From assembly GCA_050273025.1 (NCBI GenBank), contig CP158636.1, forward strand, positions 2,232,001-2,296,000: a DNA stretch of 64,000 nt. The letters are read 5' to 3'. Within the stretch, counting starts at the first letter, position 1, and each line of letters starts with the position of its first letter. Below are positions 63,338 to 64,000 of this stretch, piece after piece. The position numbers were made by a program, and so were the translations under genes. Origin of the DNA: Cenococcum geophilum (lineage: Eukaryota). Below the pieces are notes generated by a model. That model saw only the letters and a program-made list of their open reading frames with translations. It made no database searches and was not told the DNA's origin.

Positions 63338-64000
63338 ATGCGTCTGCTCAATGTTCATACATTTGAAATACACACATTCCATGGCCAGGATATCCCCAGA
63401 TATGGTATTCTCTCGCATACCTGGGGTGAAGATGAAGTCAGTTTTGCGAAATTTCAAGATGAATTTGGGGAAGCTTGTCGTATGAAAGGCTTCCAAAAGA
63501 TACAGTTCACTTGCGAGCAAGCACGATCAGATGGTCTCAACTACGCCTGGATTGATACTATATGCATCGACAAATCCAGCAGCACAGAATTATCAGAAGC
63601 AATCAACTCAATGTTTAAATGGTATCGGGATGCGACTGTCTGCTACGTCTTTCTCATTGATATTATCAAAGACAGGACAGACTTTACCTCAAGCCGATGG
63701 TGGATCAGGGCGTGGACCCTCCAGGAACTCATTGCCCCGGTCACAGTACAGTTCTACGACTGCTCTTGGAAGAGCCTCGGAACTAAAGAAGATCGCTTGC
63801 TAGTTATCTCTAATAGAACGGGAATCGACATCGATACTCTCAAGGACCCGGGTTGCCGGATGCGGAACAGCATTGCACGGCGTATGTCCTGGGCAGCCGG
63901 AAGACAGGCGACTAGGGTCGAAGATATCGCATACTCTCTATTAGGTATATTTGACGTCCACATCGGTCTGCTCTACGGCGAAGGCGATATAGCGTTCTTC
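63338..64000 (+). CDS. HET-domain (heterokaryon incompatibility, PF06985-type) protein, 3' end outside window
   Basis: Open frame MRLLNVHTFE...YGILSHTWGEDEV...YAWIDTICIDKSSSTELSEAINSMFKWY...RAWTLQELIAP...RMSWAAGRQATRVEDIAYSLLGIFDV...YGEG; balanced GC, no RIP signature. Confidence 0.95.
   Translation, partial: MRLLNVHTFEIHTFHGQDIPRYGILSHTWGEDEVSFAKFQDEFGEACRMKGFQKIQFTCEQARSDGLNYAWIDTICIDKSSSTELSEAINSMFKWYRDATVCYVFLIDIIKDRTDFTSSRWWIRAWTLQELIAPVTVQFYDCSWKSLGTKEDRLLVISNRTGIDIDTLKDPGCRMRNSIARRMSWAAGRQATRVEDIAYSLLGIFDVHIGLLYGEGDIAFF

Noticed and set aside
63299..63963. Track ORFs 63299-63520, 63531-63803 and 63754-63963
   Set aside because: They are shadow frames of the real HET ORF starting at 63338, which the track missed because it has no stop within the window.

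Overview
Fungal (filamentous ascomycete-like) genomic DNA. Bases 1 to ~63190 are an AT-rich transposon nest destroyed by repeat-induced point mutation (RIP; pervasive CpA>TpA and TpG>TpA changes, so Trp/Gln/Arg codons read as stops). An intact HET-domain gene starts at 63338. From termini and target-site duplications (TSDs) I resolve: four copies of one chromodomain Ty3/Gypsy family (A, B, C, E); pieces of three other Gypsy families; four full-length Ty1/Copia elements (three GalEa-like); a solo LTR; a short non-autonomous LINE-like insert; a full-length Ngaro-type tyrosine-recombinase retrotransposon; a pogo/Fot1 transposon; a two-gene Tc1/IS630 (DD34E) transposon; several MITE/foldback elements; and the 5' end of a probable Crypton at the base of a six-level nest. 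Most notable: (1) a ~47-bp dyad (AGCCAAT-N3-GATTTTCCATCCC-N-GGGATGGAAAATC-N3-ATTGGCT) shared by the 3' non-coding regions of four distinct Copia and Gypsy families, in either orientation; (2) an antisense, intron-containing Zn2Cys6-like/coiled-coil gene carried by the main Gypsy family; (3) the Ngaro element; (4) a convergent cargo gene in the Tc1 element; (5) foldback modules joined at CTNAG sites. Protein reconstructions are by-eye RIP reversals and no database searches were run.
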